Part shown: one piece after another, positions 39,449 to 47,802 of the stretch
How the letters are laid out: every line of letters starts with the position of its first letter
Numbering within the stretch: position 1 is the first letter of the stretch
Sequence record: MW845758.1
Length of the DNA stretch: 64,000 nucleotides
Direction: 5' to 3' (one strand)
The notes under the pieces: generated by a model
Databases searched by the model: none
The model's input: the letters and a program-made list of their open reading frames with translations, nothing else
Told to the model about the DNA's origin: nothing
Made by a program: the position numbers and the translations under genes

Positions 39449-40914
39449 TTAACCAATATTCCCTGAATGCGGCGACCAACGCCATGTTGCTGGCGAAGCA
39501 GTCAAGCCTCAACGTAGCAGCCGATGAAGGCTCTCCGGTGGGTCTGCTGAATAAAGCCACCCCGAATCGTAGCGTATACGATTCAACCGTTACCGACGAA
39601 GTGTTCTATCAGGACTTCGCTAATGCCACCAAAGTACAGAAGCCTGCTATCGGTACCGGTGAAGAAGCGGTAGTGGTAGACACGGCGGCTGATGCCGTGG
39701 TGTTGCGCGTTGATGACCACGAGTCAACCCTGTTCGAACTGAAGACCATGGCCGTACAACGTGTGAACGGTATGGTGGACTTCGCCCGTAACGTCGTGCA
39801 GCCGTTTGTTGATGACGTTATCAAAAACATGCAGATTGCGCCGGTCAAGGAAACGTCGGAAGACTGGAACTTGGAACCGATTGAGCTGGAAGCATCGATT
39901 GATGACCCGCTTGTACATGCGTTGATTAAAAGTGTTGCGACACCAACCGCGCACAGTTATCAGCGTCCTGCGATTGATCTGAAAATCCCAGAGGGTATCG
40001 TGCCGCCTGAGTCAGGCAGTCGTGCGCTGGATGATTTACTGGCCAAGCTCTTAAATGAGAAGGGCTGGAACGTGGGTGAAGCGCTGAGCAAAATGGTTGA
40101 GCCGTTCAACCTGTCTCCTGCTGCGCCAGAAGCGCCGGCTGTTGCGAAAGACCAAGTGCTGTTTATGCTCTTGTCTTCGTTCTACGTGGATAACCCGTGG
40201 GAAAACAGTGGCGTGACATCTGCGAAGTGGGAAAACATCCTCAACAGCATCTTCTACTCCACAGTGAGCTGGACGTACCTGTTCGCACAGGACGTGGTAA
40301 CGCGTACTGAAGCAGGCCAGTTGGTTTACTCCTACGACGGCGCGACCAAAACCGTGTACGTGTGTCAGGAAGCCTTTGACCGCTACTTAGAAGAGGGCGG
40401 TACCACTGAAGCGCTGCTCGGTGCTATCTACGCATCTGATGACGGTGACCCGAAAGCGTCTCTACTCAGTAAGTCGATTATTGAGAACTTGGCGAAATAC
40501 ACCCAAGGCTGGGAACGTCGCAGTTCGGTTAACCGCATGAAGGAAGACACCGATTGGCTGTCGACTAACCGTCAGGCGCTGAAGGCAGCGTTTAACGTGG
40601 CCATCGGTAACGCCGACCATGAAACCTTCGGGCGTAACATCGCCGGTGACTTACTGTCTGTGGACGAAGTTCGCAAGTCAGTGAGTTCTTCTATCGATTA
40701 CCTATTCAACCGTGACAGCACAGACATCACTGCGTTTGCTATTCGCACCGCAGCGGCAGAAGTGTTCGGTGAGTGGGAAATCGCAGGCTTGCTGCAAGCC
40801 ATTCACGAAGGCATGACTGAAGGGGCTAACCCATCAGAAGTGGCTTCTGACTGGGCAGCAAACTACGTGATTGACTGGCTGTTAGGTGGAATTCTCATCG
40901 ACATGCCTGCCTAA
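39445..40914 (+). CDS. Probable virion (head) protein
   Basis: 489-aa ORF with AGGAGG RBS, inside the vRNAP-protease operon. Confidence 0.7.
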   Translation: MINQYSLNAATNAMLLAKQSSLNVAADEGSPVGLLNKATPNRSVYDSTVTDEVFYQDFANATKVQKPAIGTGEEAVVVDTAADAVVLRVDDHESTLFELKTMAVQRVNGMVDFARNVVQPFVDDVIKNMQIAPVKETSEDWNLEPIELEASIDDPLVHALIKSVATPTAHSYQRPAIDLKIPEGIVPPESGSRALDDLLAKLLNEKGWNVGEALSKMVEPFNLSPAAPEAPAVAKDQVLFMLLSSFYVDNPWENSGVTSAKWENILNSIFYSTVSWTYLFAQDVVTRTEAGQLVYSYDGATKTVYVCQEAFDRYLEEGGTTEALLGAIYASDDGDPKASLLSKSIIENLAKYTQGWERRSSVNRMKEDTDWLSTNRQALKAAFNVAIGNADHETFGRNIAGDLLSVDEVRKSVSSSIDYLFNRDSTDITAFAIRTAAAEVFGEWEIAGLLQAIHEGMTEGANPSEVASDWAANYVIDWLLGGILIDMPA

Positions 40915-40928
40915 ACGGGAGCATTAGC

Positions 40929-41651
40929 ATGAGCGCCATTGAGACAGCGGTACGTAATCCTGCGAAGGTGCACACCGACTTAATCAAACAAGGCGTGACG
41001 TCATTAACCAAAGGGGGGTGTTTTATTTACATCCCCGTCGGTTACACGTCGAAGGAACTGGCGTTTATCTCCAGCACGGTCGAGATTATTGGCATGTTCG
41101 CCATCAGTACCGACCGTAAAACCTACGGCGTGAGTAACGTCACGACTCTGATTGAAATCACCCCTTCCTCGTTTGAGGAAATTATGGTTCACGGCGAACC
41201 GTATTACGAGTTTCGATTCGATCCCGGAACGGTGGTTTTCCCGAACCGGCAACTTCAAGTCATCTCCAACCATGTCTACAACATTGCGTCGTATCAGTTT
41301 GACTTTGGTAACCGTCCGTTCTGGATGAACGCGGTGGATGATGCCGAGACGTTATCGAATACCCAGAAGTGGAATGGCTTTCGAGTATTCGCAGACCAGA
41401 TTACCGCTGACTGTTACGCTGCCCACACACAGCGTACGCTCGGTGACCCGCGTCAGTTCTTTCGTTATTCGTTGAAGAAGGACTCGGACCTGTTTAAACC
41501 GGTTCAGTTTATTCCTCTGCGAGACGGCAGTCTTAACAAAACATCTCGATTGGCGAAACTCGCCGACGTTGAATTACGACGCGGCATTATGTCAGCGTTG
41601 TCAGTTGACCCGGTACGAGCCGAACCCCTCGAAGATCTCTTTATGCGGTAA
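40929..41651 (+). CDS. Probable additional virion RNA polymerase beta-prime fragment
   Basis: Position just before the protease gene (recalled SPN3US synteny). C-terminal SRLAKLADVELRRGIMSAL weakly resembles the RpoC C-terminal helices. Confidence 0.45.
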   Translation: MSAIETAVRNPAKVHTDLIKQGVTSLTKGGCFIYIPVGYTSKELAFISSTVEIIGMFAISTDRKTYGVSNVTTLIEITPSSFEEIMVHGEPYYEFRFDPGTVVFPNRQLQVISNHVYNIASYQFDFGNRPFWMNAVDDAETLSNTQKWNGFRVFADQITADCYAAHTQRTLGDPRQFFRYSLKKDSDLFKPVQFIPLRDGSLNKTSRLAKLADVELRRGIMSALSVDPVRAEPLEDLFMR

Positions 41652-41663
41652 TCAGGAGCGGTC

Positions 41664-42479
41664 ATGGACAACTTATCGATGCGCTACAACTGTGTGGCGC
41701 TCGCCGGCGTTAATGCCGGAGCTAAACTGCAGAAAGACAAGGACGGGTACTACCGCGTGTTACTGGCGGCGTTAAACGTGTTCAACTCCGATGGGGTGTT
41801 CTACGCGTTCAACGAATCCAAGCACGTGTTTGACCGTTCCAACGTCTTTATGCGTAAAGTACAAGCGGGTAACCTTTTCGGTGAAGAGGATCATCCGCCG
41901 TGGGAAAACGGCATGAGCGATGCGGCCTTTATGGAACGCAACGAGTGGATTGAAACCAAAAACGTTTCACACCACATCCGTGAAGTAGAACTGGTCGACA
42001 CCGATCAGGTCTGTAACGGGATGCCTGTGGTCGAAGTTTGGGGTTGGATTAAACCTAACCGTGAACGTGGTCCACTGCTGGCGGAAGCGCTGGAAAACCC
42101 ACACCAGAACGTGTGCTTCTCCCTGCGTGCTATCGTGCGTGAAAAACGCATTGGTGGTACCGTCACGCGTCGTCTCGACAAACTCATCACCTTTGACTGG
42201 GTTATCGAAGACGGCTTGCAGATTTGTAACAAATACTCTGCAATGCAGCGTGGCAGCAAAGTGGCTCAAGAGTCGACCCGTATGTACCTCGACCGTGTTA
42301 TCACCCGCGAATCGCTGGAGGCGATTATGTACGCGCAGCGTGAAACCACAATGGTGGGTACAGAGTCCACACGCCAGAACAACCTTCGTGCCATCGCGTC
42401 AGAGTATCTGAACCTGTATCGGGAAACTGAGCAACGTTCTAACCTGCGCGTTGTTGGGATGGGGGCACAGCGCTGGTAA
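41664..42479 (+). CDS. Prohead (capsid maturation) serine protease (phiKZ gp175 / T4 gp21 family)
   Basis: LFGEEDHP (His77), CFSLRA (Ser153), FDWV; AQE at residues 201-203 is a possible autocleavage site. Confidence 0.85.
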   Translation: MDNLSMRYNCVALAGVNAGAKLQKDKDGYYRVLLAALNVFNSDGVFYAFNESKHVFDRSNVFMRKVQAGNLFGEEDHPPWENGMSDAAFMERNEWIETKNVSHHIREVELVDTDQVCNGMPVVEVWGWIKPNRERGPLLAEALENPHQNVCFSLRAIVREKRIGGTVTRRLDKLITFDWVIEDGLQICNKYSAMQRGSKVAQESTRMYLDRVITRESLEAIMYAQRETTMVGTESTRQNNLRAIASEYLNLYRETEQRSNLRVVGMGAQRW

Positions 42480-43106
42480 ATGGAAACTTACGCCGCGTCT
42501 CTTGAGAAATGGCTTCAGAACCAGTTACCTCGTGTGGCGAAGAAATCCACTCTTCGCCTACTGGACACCTCACCGCTGCACATCAGTACAGCGCGCATTA
42601 GGATGTTCAGCCCACGTATTCCGTTGTCAGCGATGAGCGATGAAGACAAAACCGTACCGCGGGTTTGTTGCTCGGTGGACTTGGCGCGTTGTATTGCGTC
42701 AGCTCGCCATATCCTGAGAACCGATGAGGTGCCTCGTCAGATTTTCATTTACGGCTTCGATGAACGCAGTGTCGTCCAACCGTCTGTGGAACTCAGTCAG
42801 GAACCAGTGCGTGCCGGGGAAGTGTGGATTGTCCCTCACCGGATGGGGAATTGGGAAATTAAACCTCTGGTGTTGGGCGAGATGCGCCTACTGGAAATGA
42901 ACGGGGAAGGGAACCGCTTTACCTTCGTGGTTCGCTGTGGTGCCGATGTAACTTTGCGTAACGGGGAACTGTTGCAAGAAGGGAAAGCTTATCGTTTGCC
43001 GGTGAGTCTCAACCGTCAGACAGAAGAAGTGAACGTCGGGGATTCGTCACCTATCGATTTGGACGCGTTCTATCGCGCTCAGGACGGATACGCCGTAACT
43101 TACTAG
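42480..43106 (+). CDS. Hypothetical protein, possible ADP-ribosyltransferase-like fold
   Basis: 208 aa; HIS..FSPRIP..EDKTVPRVCCS..GEVWI. Confidence 0.7.
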   Translation: METYAASLEKWLQNQLPRVAKKSTLRLLDTSPLHISTARIRMFSPRIPLSAMSDEDKTVPRVCCSVDLARCIASARHILRTDEVPRQIFIYGFDERSVVQPSVELSQEPVRAGEVWIVPHRMGNWEIKPLVLGEMRLLEMNGEGNRFTFVVRCGADVTLRNGELLQEGKAYRLPVSLNRQTEEVNVGDSSPIDLDAFYRAQDGYAVTY

Positions 43107-43150
43107 CTCCAGTGTTCGTGGTCTGCAATCACAAACAACGAGGAGGTCGT

Positions 43151-43447
43151 ATGAAGGTTGTAAACGTCAAGGTGCCTCCTAGCCTCCGGGAACTTTCAGC
43201 TGATGAGTTGAAACAACTGGCGGTCCACACGATTTTAGGTCGAGGTGGGAAGGAGGTGCTGGTCGAAGTGCTCGGTGGTCGGTTTGACACCAAACGTAAA
43301 GCCAACAATGCAGCCTCTGCTGTCGCGCCAATGGACTTGGCCACCTTTGCTCTCGATATGCGCCACGTTGGTGCAAGCATCGATTTCAATAAGACGTATT
43401 TCTTGCTAACCGAACCTCTTCGTGGTTTGCTGACTATCAAGCAATGA
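43151..43447 (+). CDS. Hypothetical protein
   Basis: ATG at 43151 after AGGAGG. Confidence 0.75.
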   Translation: MKVVNVKVPPSLRELSADELKQLAVHTILGRGGKEVLVEVLGGRFDTKRKANNAASAVAPMDLATFALDMRHVGASIDFNKTYFLLTEPLRGLLTIKQ

Positions 43448-43551
43448 TATCAGTGTGCCGCGAGACTTCAGTAATGGTGGGGGCTGTTACTTTTTTACTG
43501 CACGGTGGTTTGCTGTGTGGAAGAGGTTGATACGGATTAGGAACAATTGAA

Positions 43552-44103
43552 ATGTTAAGTTTAGACAGCGATGGCGTATTTGCAGGATGGCGTAAGTATG
43601 TGTTTTCAAAGCACATCTTGACGATGAGTCCAGAGGAGTTTAATAAACTGCCAGAGATTCGTCGCAGAGGAATATTGAGAGACATTTATCTCAAGGACCC
43701 AGATTTATTTTATAACCTTGAACCAATCGCCGGGACCGAGCGTATACTCGAAGCGGCTGACACATGTAGCGACGGTTGGGGCATTCTGACATCCAGTTCA
43801 GAAGACCACCAAGACTATAACCATGTTGTCGAGTGCAAGCACGCTTGGTTCAAAAAGCATTTTGATGTGCCCGCTACGCGAATTACCGTCGTGGAGAATT
43901 CGGCAGCGAAACAACAATACGCAGGACGCGGACATTTGCTGGTCGATGATTTTCGTCGCAACTGCAATCAATGGGCATTGGCGGGAGGATTTGCACTCTG
44001 GACAAAAACAGATGCACCGAGCGTGGATGCGATTGTGGAGCAACTTCGCAACTATCAGGAAGATCCGAATTTAAATTCGGGAATGCTTTTACTTTTGCAG
44101 TAA
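43552..44103 (+). CDS. HAD-family 5'(3')-deoxyribonucleotidase
   Basis: LSLDSDGVF (motif I), GILTS, KHAW..KHF, KQQYA and LLVDDF..N..QW..AGG. Confidence 0.8.
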   Translation: MLSLDSDGVFAGWRKYVFSKHILTMSPEEFNKLPEIRRRGILRDIYLKDPDLFYNLEPIAGTERILEAADTCSDGWGILTSSSEDHQDYNHVVECKHAWFKKHFDVPATRITVVENSAAKQQYAGRGHLLVDDFRRNCNQWALAGGFALWTKTDAPSVDAIVEQLRNYQEDPNLNSGMLLLLQ

Positions 44104-44118
44104 TCCGGTTTAATCAGA

Positions 44119-44158
44119 AGCGAACCTCTTCGGGGGTTCGCTCCTACTCTATTTTTTT
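44119..44158 (+). terminator. Intrinsic terminator
   Basis: AGCGAACCTC-TTCG-GGGGTTCGCT with a T-run shortly after. Confidence 0.7.
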
Positions 44159-44161
44159 AGA

Positions 44162-44180
44162 GATAGATATTATCCATGTG
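44162..44180 (+). promoter_or_regulatory. Putative early promoter GATAGATATTAT-N4-GTG
   Basis: Exact motif copy upstream of the HD gene. Confidence 0.7.
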
Positions 44181-44227
44181 AGTCTTATGCATTATCTTTT
44201 ACCTATCGACTATCTTAGAGGCCTATC

Positions 44228-44914
44228 ATGCAATACACCAATGGATCTGAAATCAATAAACTGCGTCTGAAAATCAAAGCCATGTTCAAGTCCTTCTACT
44301 TGAAAACCGATTCTGCCCATCGCATGGATCACATCGATTCTGTGATGAGCAACGCCATTCGCATCTGTCATCTGATGGACTGGCAGCAGCACTTACCGGT
44401 TGTGTTAGTCGCCGTAGGTGTGCACGATATCTTCAGCACCACTGACTGGCGTGCTGACCACCACATCCGTGCCTTTAACTGGACACTGGATAACAAAGCC
44501 AAACTCAAGAAGCGCTTTGACATGACTGACGATGACGTCATGAACGTAGCATACGCCGCACTCGAACACCGTGGCAGTTATCGCGGTGAGCGTTACAACG
44601 GGGTTATCTCTGAGATTATGGCGGCAGCAGACCGCGGTATCCCCTCTACGGAAGATGTGGACAACTACCTTGCGCGTTCTTTCCTCTACGCCCGCTCTCA
44701 CGGTAAGTCTGTGACGGATGCAAAGTTCCACGCTATCGGCCACATCAAAGACAAGTTCGGACGTAACGGTTACGGACGTGTGCCGGACTGGTACAATGTA
44801 TTGTTTGCTGAACGCCTGCGTGCGCGTTTGGAACTGATTGAAGAAATGGACATCAGCCATTTCGATGCTAACTTTACTGACGAACTGGAACGCAAGTACC
44901 ACGAGTCACTTTGA
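44228..44914 (+). CDS. HD-domain phosphohydrolase
   Basis: AHRMDHIDSV, VGVHDIF, RADHH, ALEHR and IMAAADR follow the H..HD..D pattern. Confidence 0.8.
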   Translation: MQYTNGSEINKLRLKIKAMFKSFYLKTDSAHRMDHIDSVMSNAIRICHLMDWQQHLPVVLVAVGVHDIFSTTDWRADHHIRAFNWTLDNKAKLKKRFDMTDDDVMNVAYAALEHRGSYRGERYNGVISEIMAAADRGIPSTEDVDNYLARSFLYARSHGKSVTDAKFHAIGHIKDKFGRNGYGRVPDWYNVLFAERLRARLELIEEMDISHFDANFTDELERKYHESL

Positions 44915-44925
44915 AAATAAACCGG

Positions 44926-44944
44926 GATAGATATTATCACGGTG
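44926..44944 (+). promoter_or_regulatory. Putative early promoter GATAGATATTAT-N4-GTG
   Basis: Exact motif copy. Confidence 0.7.
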
Positions 44945-44981
44945 AACTACTCAACCAATCCATCCATTGTAAGGAATAATC

Positions 44982-45491
44982 ATGACCACTAAAATCCATT
45001 CTCTGAAAGACCTTATCGCTGCTCTGGCTCCTGAAGACAAAGCGATTGTAGAAATCAGCAAAGACAACGGCCTGACCACCGAAGTCAAAGACGCTGTTAA
45101 TGCCGTGTACGCAGACACCCTGCCGACCGTGACCATCGAAGTGCCGGAAGATCACAAAGGTAAACTGGCGTATCAGGTAACACCTGAAAACATGGATCAG
45201 TTCCGTAAGCACGATGCGAACTTCCTCGAAGCGTACGGTACCGTACTGACCCCGCTGGTCGGTGAGCACGTGCGTGCCAACGCAGACGTCGCACAGATGG
45301 ATCTGACCACTGAAGTGGGTAACTCCAAGTTCTCTGTGGTCTTCGCTCGCCCAACCGGTGAGACGCCATCTGAGAAAGAGTGGGCTTCTTCTGTGGGCTT
45401 TGGCTACGCGACGCCGAAAGCGAAATCGCTGGAAGGCAAAGTGCGTAAAGACTTCGGTAAGTCGTTCTTCGAAACTGAAGATGAAGAATAA
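44982..45491 (+). CDS. Hypothetical acidic protein
   Basis: 169-aa ORF with AAGGA RBS and strongly biased codons. Confidence 0.85.
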   Translation: MTTKIHSLKDLIAALAPEDKAIVEISKDNGLTTEVKDAVNAVYADTLPTVTIEVPEDHKGKLAYQVTPENMDQFRKHDANFLEAYGTVLTPLVGEHVRANADVAQMDLTTEVGNSKFSVVFARPTGETPSEKEWASSVGFGYATPKAKSLEGKVRKDFGKSFFETEDEE

Positions 45492-45510
45492 AGCCTTCTG
45501 GGCACCTCGG

Positions 45511-45672
45511 GTGACAATTGAATCTCACCCGAACGTCATTCCTTTCACCGCAATACGAAAGGATGGCACCATCGCACCCCCTGAAGAACTGGGGATGACG
45601 ATTACCATTCAACGACCACCGTACGAACAGCCTGCGAATCCTTACCCGATTCCAAAGCGTCGTCGGCGGTAA
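45511..45672 (+). CDS. Possible small proline-rich basic protein
   Basis: GTG at 45511; fills the gap before a terminator; no clear RBS. Confidence 0.35.
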   Translation: MTIESHPNVIPFTAIRKDGTIAPPEELGMTITIQRPPYEQPANPYPIPKRRRR

Positions 45673-45676
45673 CTGT

Positions 45677-45710
45677 GGCCCCCTACTTCGGTGGGGGCTA
45701 TTCTTTTTTT
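45677..45710 (+). terminator. Intrinsic terminator
   Basis: GGCCCCCTAC-TTCG-GTGGGGGCT followed by a T-run. Confidence 0.8.
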
Positions 45711-45726
45711 GATACGGGACATTAAC

Positions 45727-46017
45727 ATGACTAAAGAACAGTGGACTTTACCCCTGACCGTTAAAGAGGCCAAAGAACAGTCTGTCGACCATCCTAAACT
45801 TGCGAGCTTATTGACCTTTGTTATTCAGCGCCTCTCTGATACGTTGTCGCCGTTACCGGACGACGGCTTTATTAGCTTTGAAAAATTGACCAATGAACAA
45901 ATGCCTTTATCAGACGAATATGATATTCGTCAGTACACCATCCCGATTGACTATCAGTTAGGGATGGACTCGCCGTATGTCCACCTGACCTATAAGCTGC
46001 CTACAGCAACAACGTAA
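45727..46017 (+). CDS. Hypothetical protein
   Basis: ATG at 45727 after GGGA. Confidence 0.7.
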   Translation: MTKEQWTLPLTVKEAKEQSVDHPKLASLLTFVIQRLSDTLSPLPDDGFISFEKLTNEQMPLSDEYDIRQYTIPIDYQLGMDSPYVHLTYKLPTATT

Positions 46018-46022
46018 CAAAT

Positions 46023-46052
46023 AGGGGCGGCCTACGGGCTGCTCTTTTTTTT
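46023..46052 (+). terminator. Intrinsic terminator
   Basis: AGGGGCGGCC-TACG-GGCTGCTCT followed by a T-run. Confidence 0.8.
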
Positions 46053-46112
46053 GTTTTTACACATTCACCTATACATGTGTAGCGAACCAAACACAGCATT
46101 GAGGAAATCACC

Positions 46113-46397
46113 ATGCCCATTCTGGGAACCATTGAACAAATTCATGTCATGCCACCTGAACCCGTCGCAGAAACGGTACTGGCGGTATTAGAAAAGAACC
46201 CACAGAAGTTCCCTTTGGGGGCTATCGTGGAAGTAGGTATCAGCTTTGAATTCCGTGAAAACTTTATCCCGCTGGAATTCTATGACTTCCACTCACACAC
46301 GTTCCCCATCAAAATGACGGAGAAAGTTCCGTACTGCGAAATCCGGGTATCGTGGTTCACCCCTAAAGAGGTAAAGGATGCAGCTCAAGAATCCTGA
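46113..46397 (+). CDS. Hypothetical protein
   Basis: 94-aa ORF with GAGG RBS. Confidence 0.75.
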   Translation: MPILGTIEQIHVMPPEPVAETVLAVLEKNPQKFPLGAIVEVGISFEFRENFIPLEFYDFHSHTFPIKMTEKVPYCEIRVSWFTPKEVKDAAQES

Positions 46398-46866
46398 GTT
46401 CCGCAAAGAGTTCATGCAACGTCTCGGTGCTATTGTCGATGCTAACGTCGCTGCGTACAAAGGTAGTGTTGATGATGAAGCGTTCGCGGCAACCACTAAC
46501 TTCCCAGCCGAAGTTATCCCGCACACGGTTAACGGATATCAGCGTTTCTTAAACGACAATGTCAAAGCCGATTCACGCGCAACCGTACTGTCCGGGTTTT
46601 TGATTAACCTGACAGCACACCTGAAGATTGAGTTCGGTAAGGAACTGCTAAAGGAGTTGCAAGAAGACATCTTTGGTGCAAACCGCCCAACCGAAACCGC
46701 GAACAACCAGAACACCAATGCGTTGTCACTGTGGGCTTTGGCTTATCAGCAGTATGATGAGAATACGCCGCCGGCTGACTTTAATGCGATGGTGTCGTAC
46801 CTGTTCTTGCAACGCTCTCGTTGGCTGTTAACTCAAGCCAAAGTCGAAGAGATGCGAAAAGAATAA
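46378..46866 (+). CDS. Hypothetical protein
   Basis: 162-aa ORF with GAGG RBS. Confidence 0.75.
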   Translation: MQLKNPEFRKEFMQRLGAIVDANVAAYKGSVDDEAFAATTNFPAEVIPHTVNGYQRFLNDNVKADSRATVLSGFLINLTAHLKIEFGKELLKELQEDIFGANRPTETANNQNTNALSLWALAYQQYDENTPPADFNAMVSYLFLQRSRWLLTQAKVEEMRKE

Positions 46867-46913
46867 AAGTAACCCCACTCCGAAGAGTGGGGTACTTCAC
46901 TTATTTTTTTTTT
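46865..46913. terminator. Bidirectional intrinsic terminator with bulged A
   Basis: AAGTA-A-CCCCACTC-CGAA-GAGTGGGG-TACTT between convergent genes. Confidence 0.85.
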
Positions 46914-46917
46914 GACC

Positions 46918-47796
46918 TTAGCCTGACAGCTGGTTGGTCATGAACTCGTCAGAAACCGTACGGTAACCACCGGCAGTCGCGTTAACGTCTGGGTTGATGC
47001 CATCGGTTTGCTGAGACGGAGTCAGCCACAGCTTACGAGAGTAAGGACGCAGACCGTACAACTTCATACGTTCCAGTTCCAGATCAGCCGCCTGCATGGC
47101 ACCCCAACCTGTCCATTGCTGGGAGGTGAAGGTGATAGACAGTTCGTTGGTCTGTGGCCCAGTGTTCGGATCACGATCGCCGGTATCCTGACCTGCTGCT
47201 TCAGGAATCATGTTCGTGAGCCAGAAGGCGTTCTGGGCTTTACGCTGGTACGCATCCGGTTCGATATACAGCACAGTCATGCTGTACATGTCCGGCAGGA
47301 AGTCAGGCACGTTGTTGTTGATAGCAACGATGCCCGGGTGACCGGTATCTTTATCCATGATACCGTACATCAGCCACGCCCACAGCATGTTCTGGAACAC
47401 CTTACCGTGTTTATCCGGTGAAGTGTGCGTCACGCTGGAGATGGCTTCTGTCACCATACCCGCTTCGTACTGAATGCGGTTGTTACGGCCCTGCTGAGTT
47501 TGCACCGCCTCATGGCTCAGGGTCTTGTCCAGACCAGAGATAGTGGAGTGCACCTCAATGAAGGACTTGATGGCCTGACGCCAGATGGCAGGGTTCGGCA
47601 TGTAGTCCACCCACTTCGGAAACTCCATCACGCGAGCGATGACGTTACGACGAAGACGGTGGGCGTTCGTGACGAACTTACCAACCTGTCCAACCGGGCC
47701 GTTTTGGCCCGAGCTAAACGGATTGACCATGTCGTACTTACCGCCATCGACATGGAGCCCCTGATCAGGAAGGATTAAACGATCTGTAAGTGCCAT
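46918..47796 (-). CDS. Tail tube protein (phiKZ gp30-like)
   Basis: 292 aa directly downstream of the sheath gene; tube-like pattern MYSMTVLYIEPD..AFWLTNMIP..ELSITF. Confidence 0.75.
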   Translation of the reverse strand: MALTDRLILPDQGLHVDGGKYDMVNPFSSGQNGPVGQVGKFVTNAHRLRRNVIARVMEFPKWVDYMPNPAIWRQAIKSFIEVHSTISGLDKTLSHEAVQTQQGRNNRIQYEAGMVTEAISSVTHTSPDKHGKVFQNMLWAWLMYGIMDKDTGHPGIVAINNNVPDFLPDMYSMTVLYIEPDAYQRKAQNAFWLTNMIPEAAGQDTGDRDPNTGPQTNELSITFTSQQWTGWGAMQAADLELERMKLYGLRPYSRKLWLTPSQQTDGINPDVNATAGGYRTVSDEFMTNQLSG

Positions 47797-47802
47797 GTGC
47801 TA

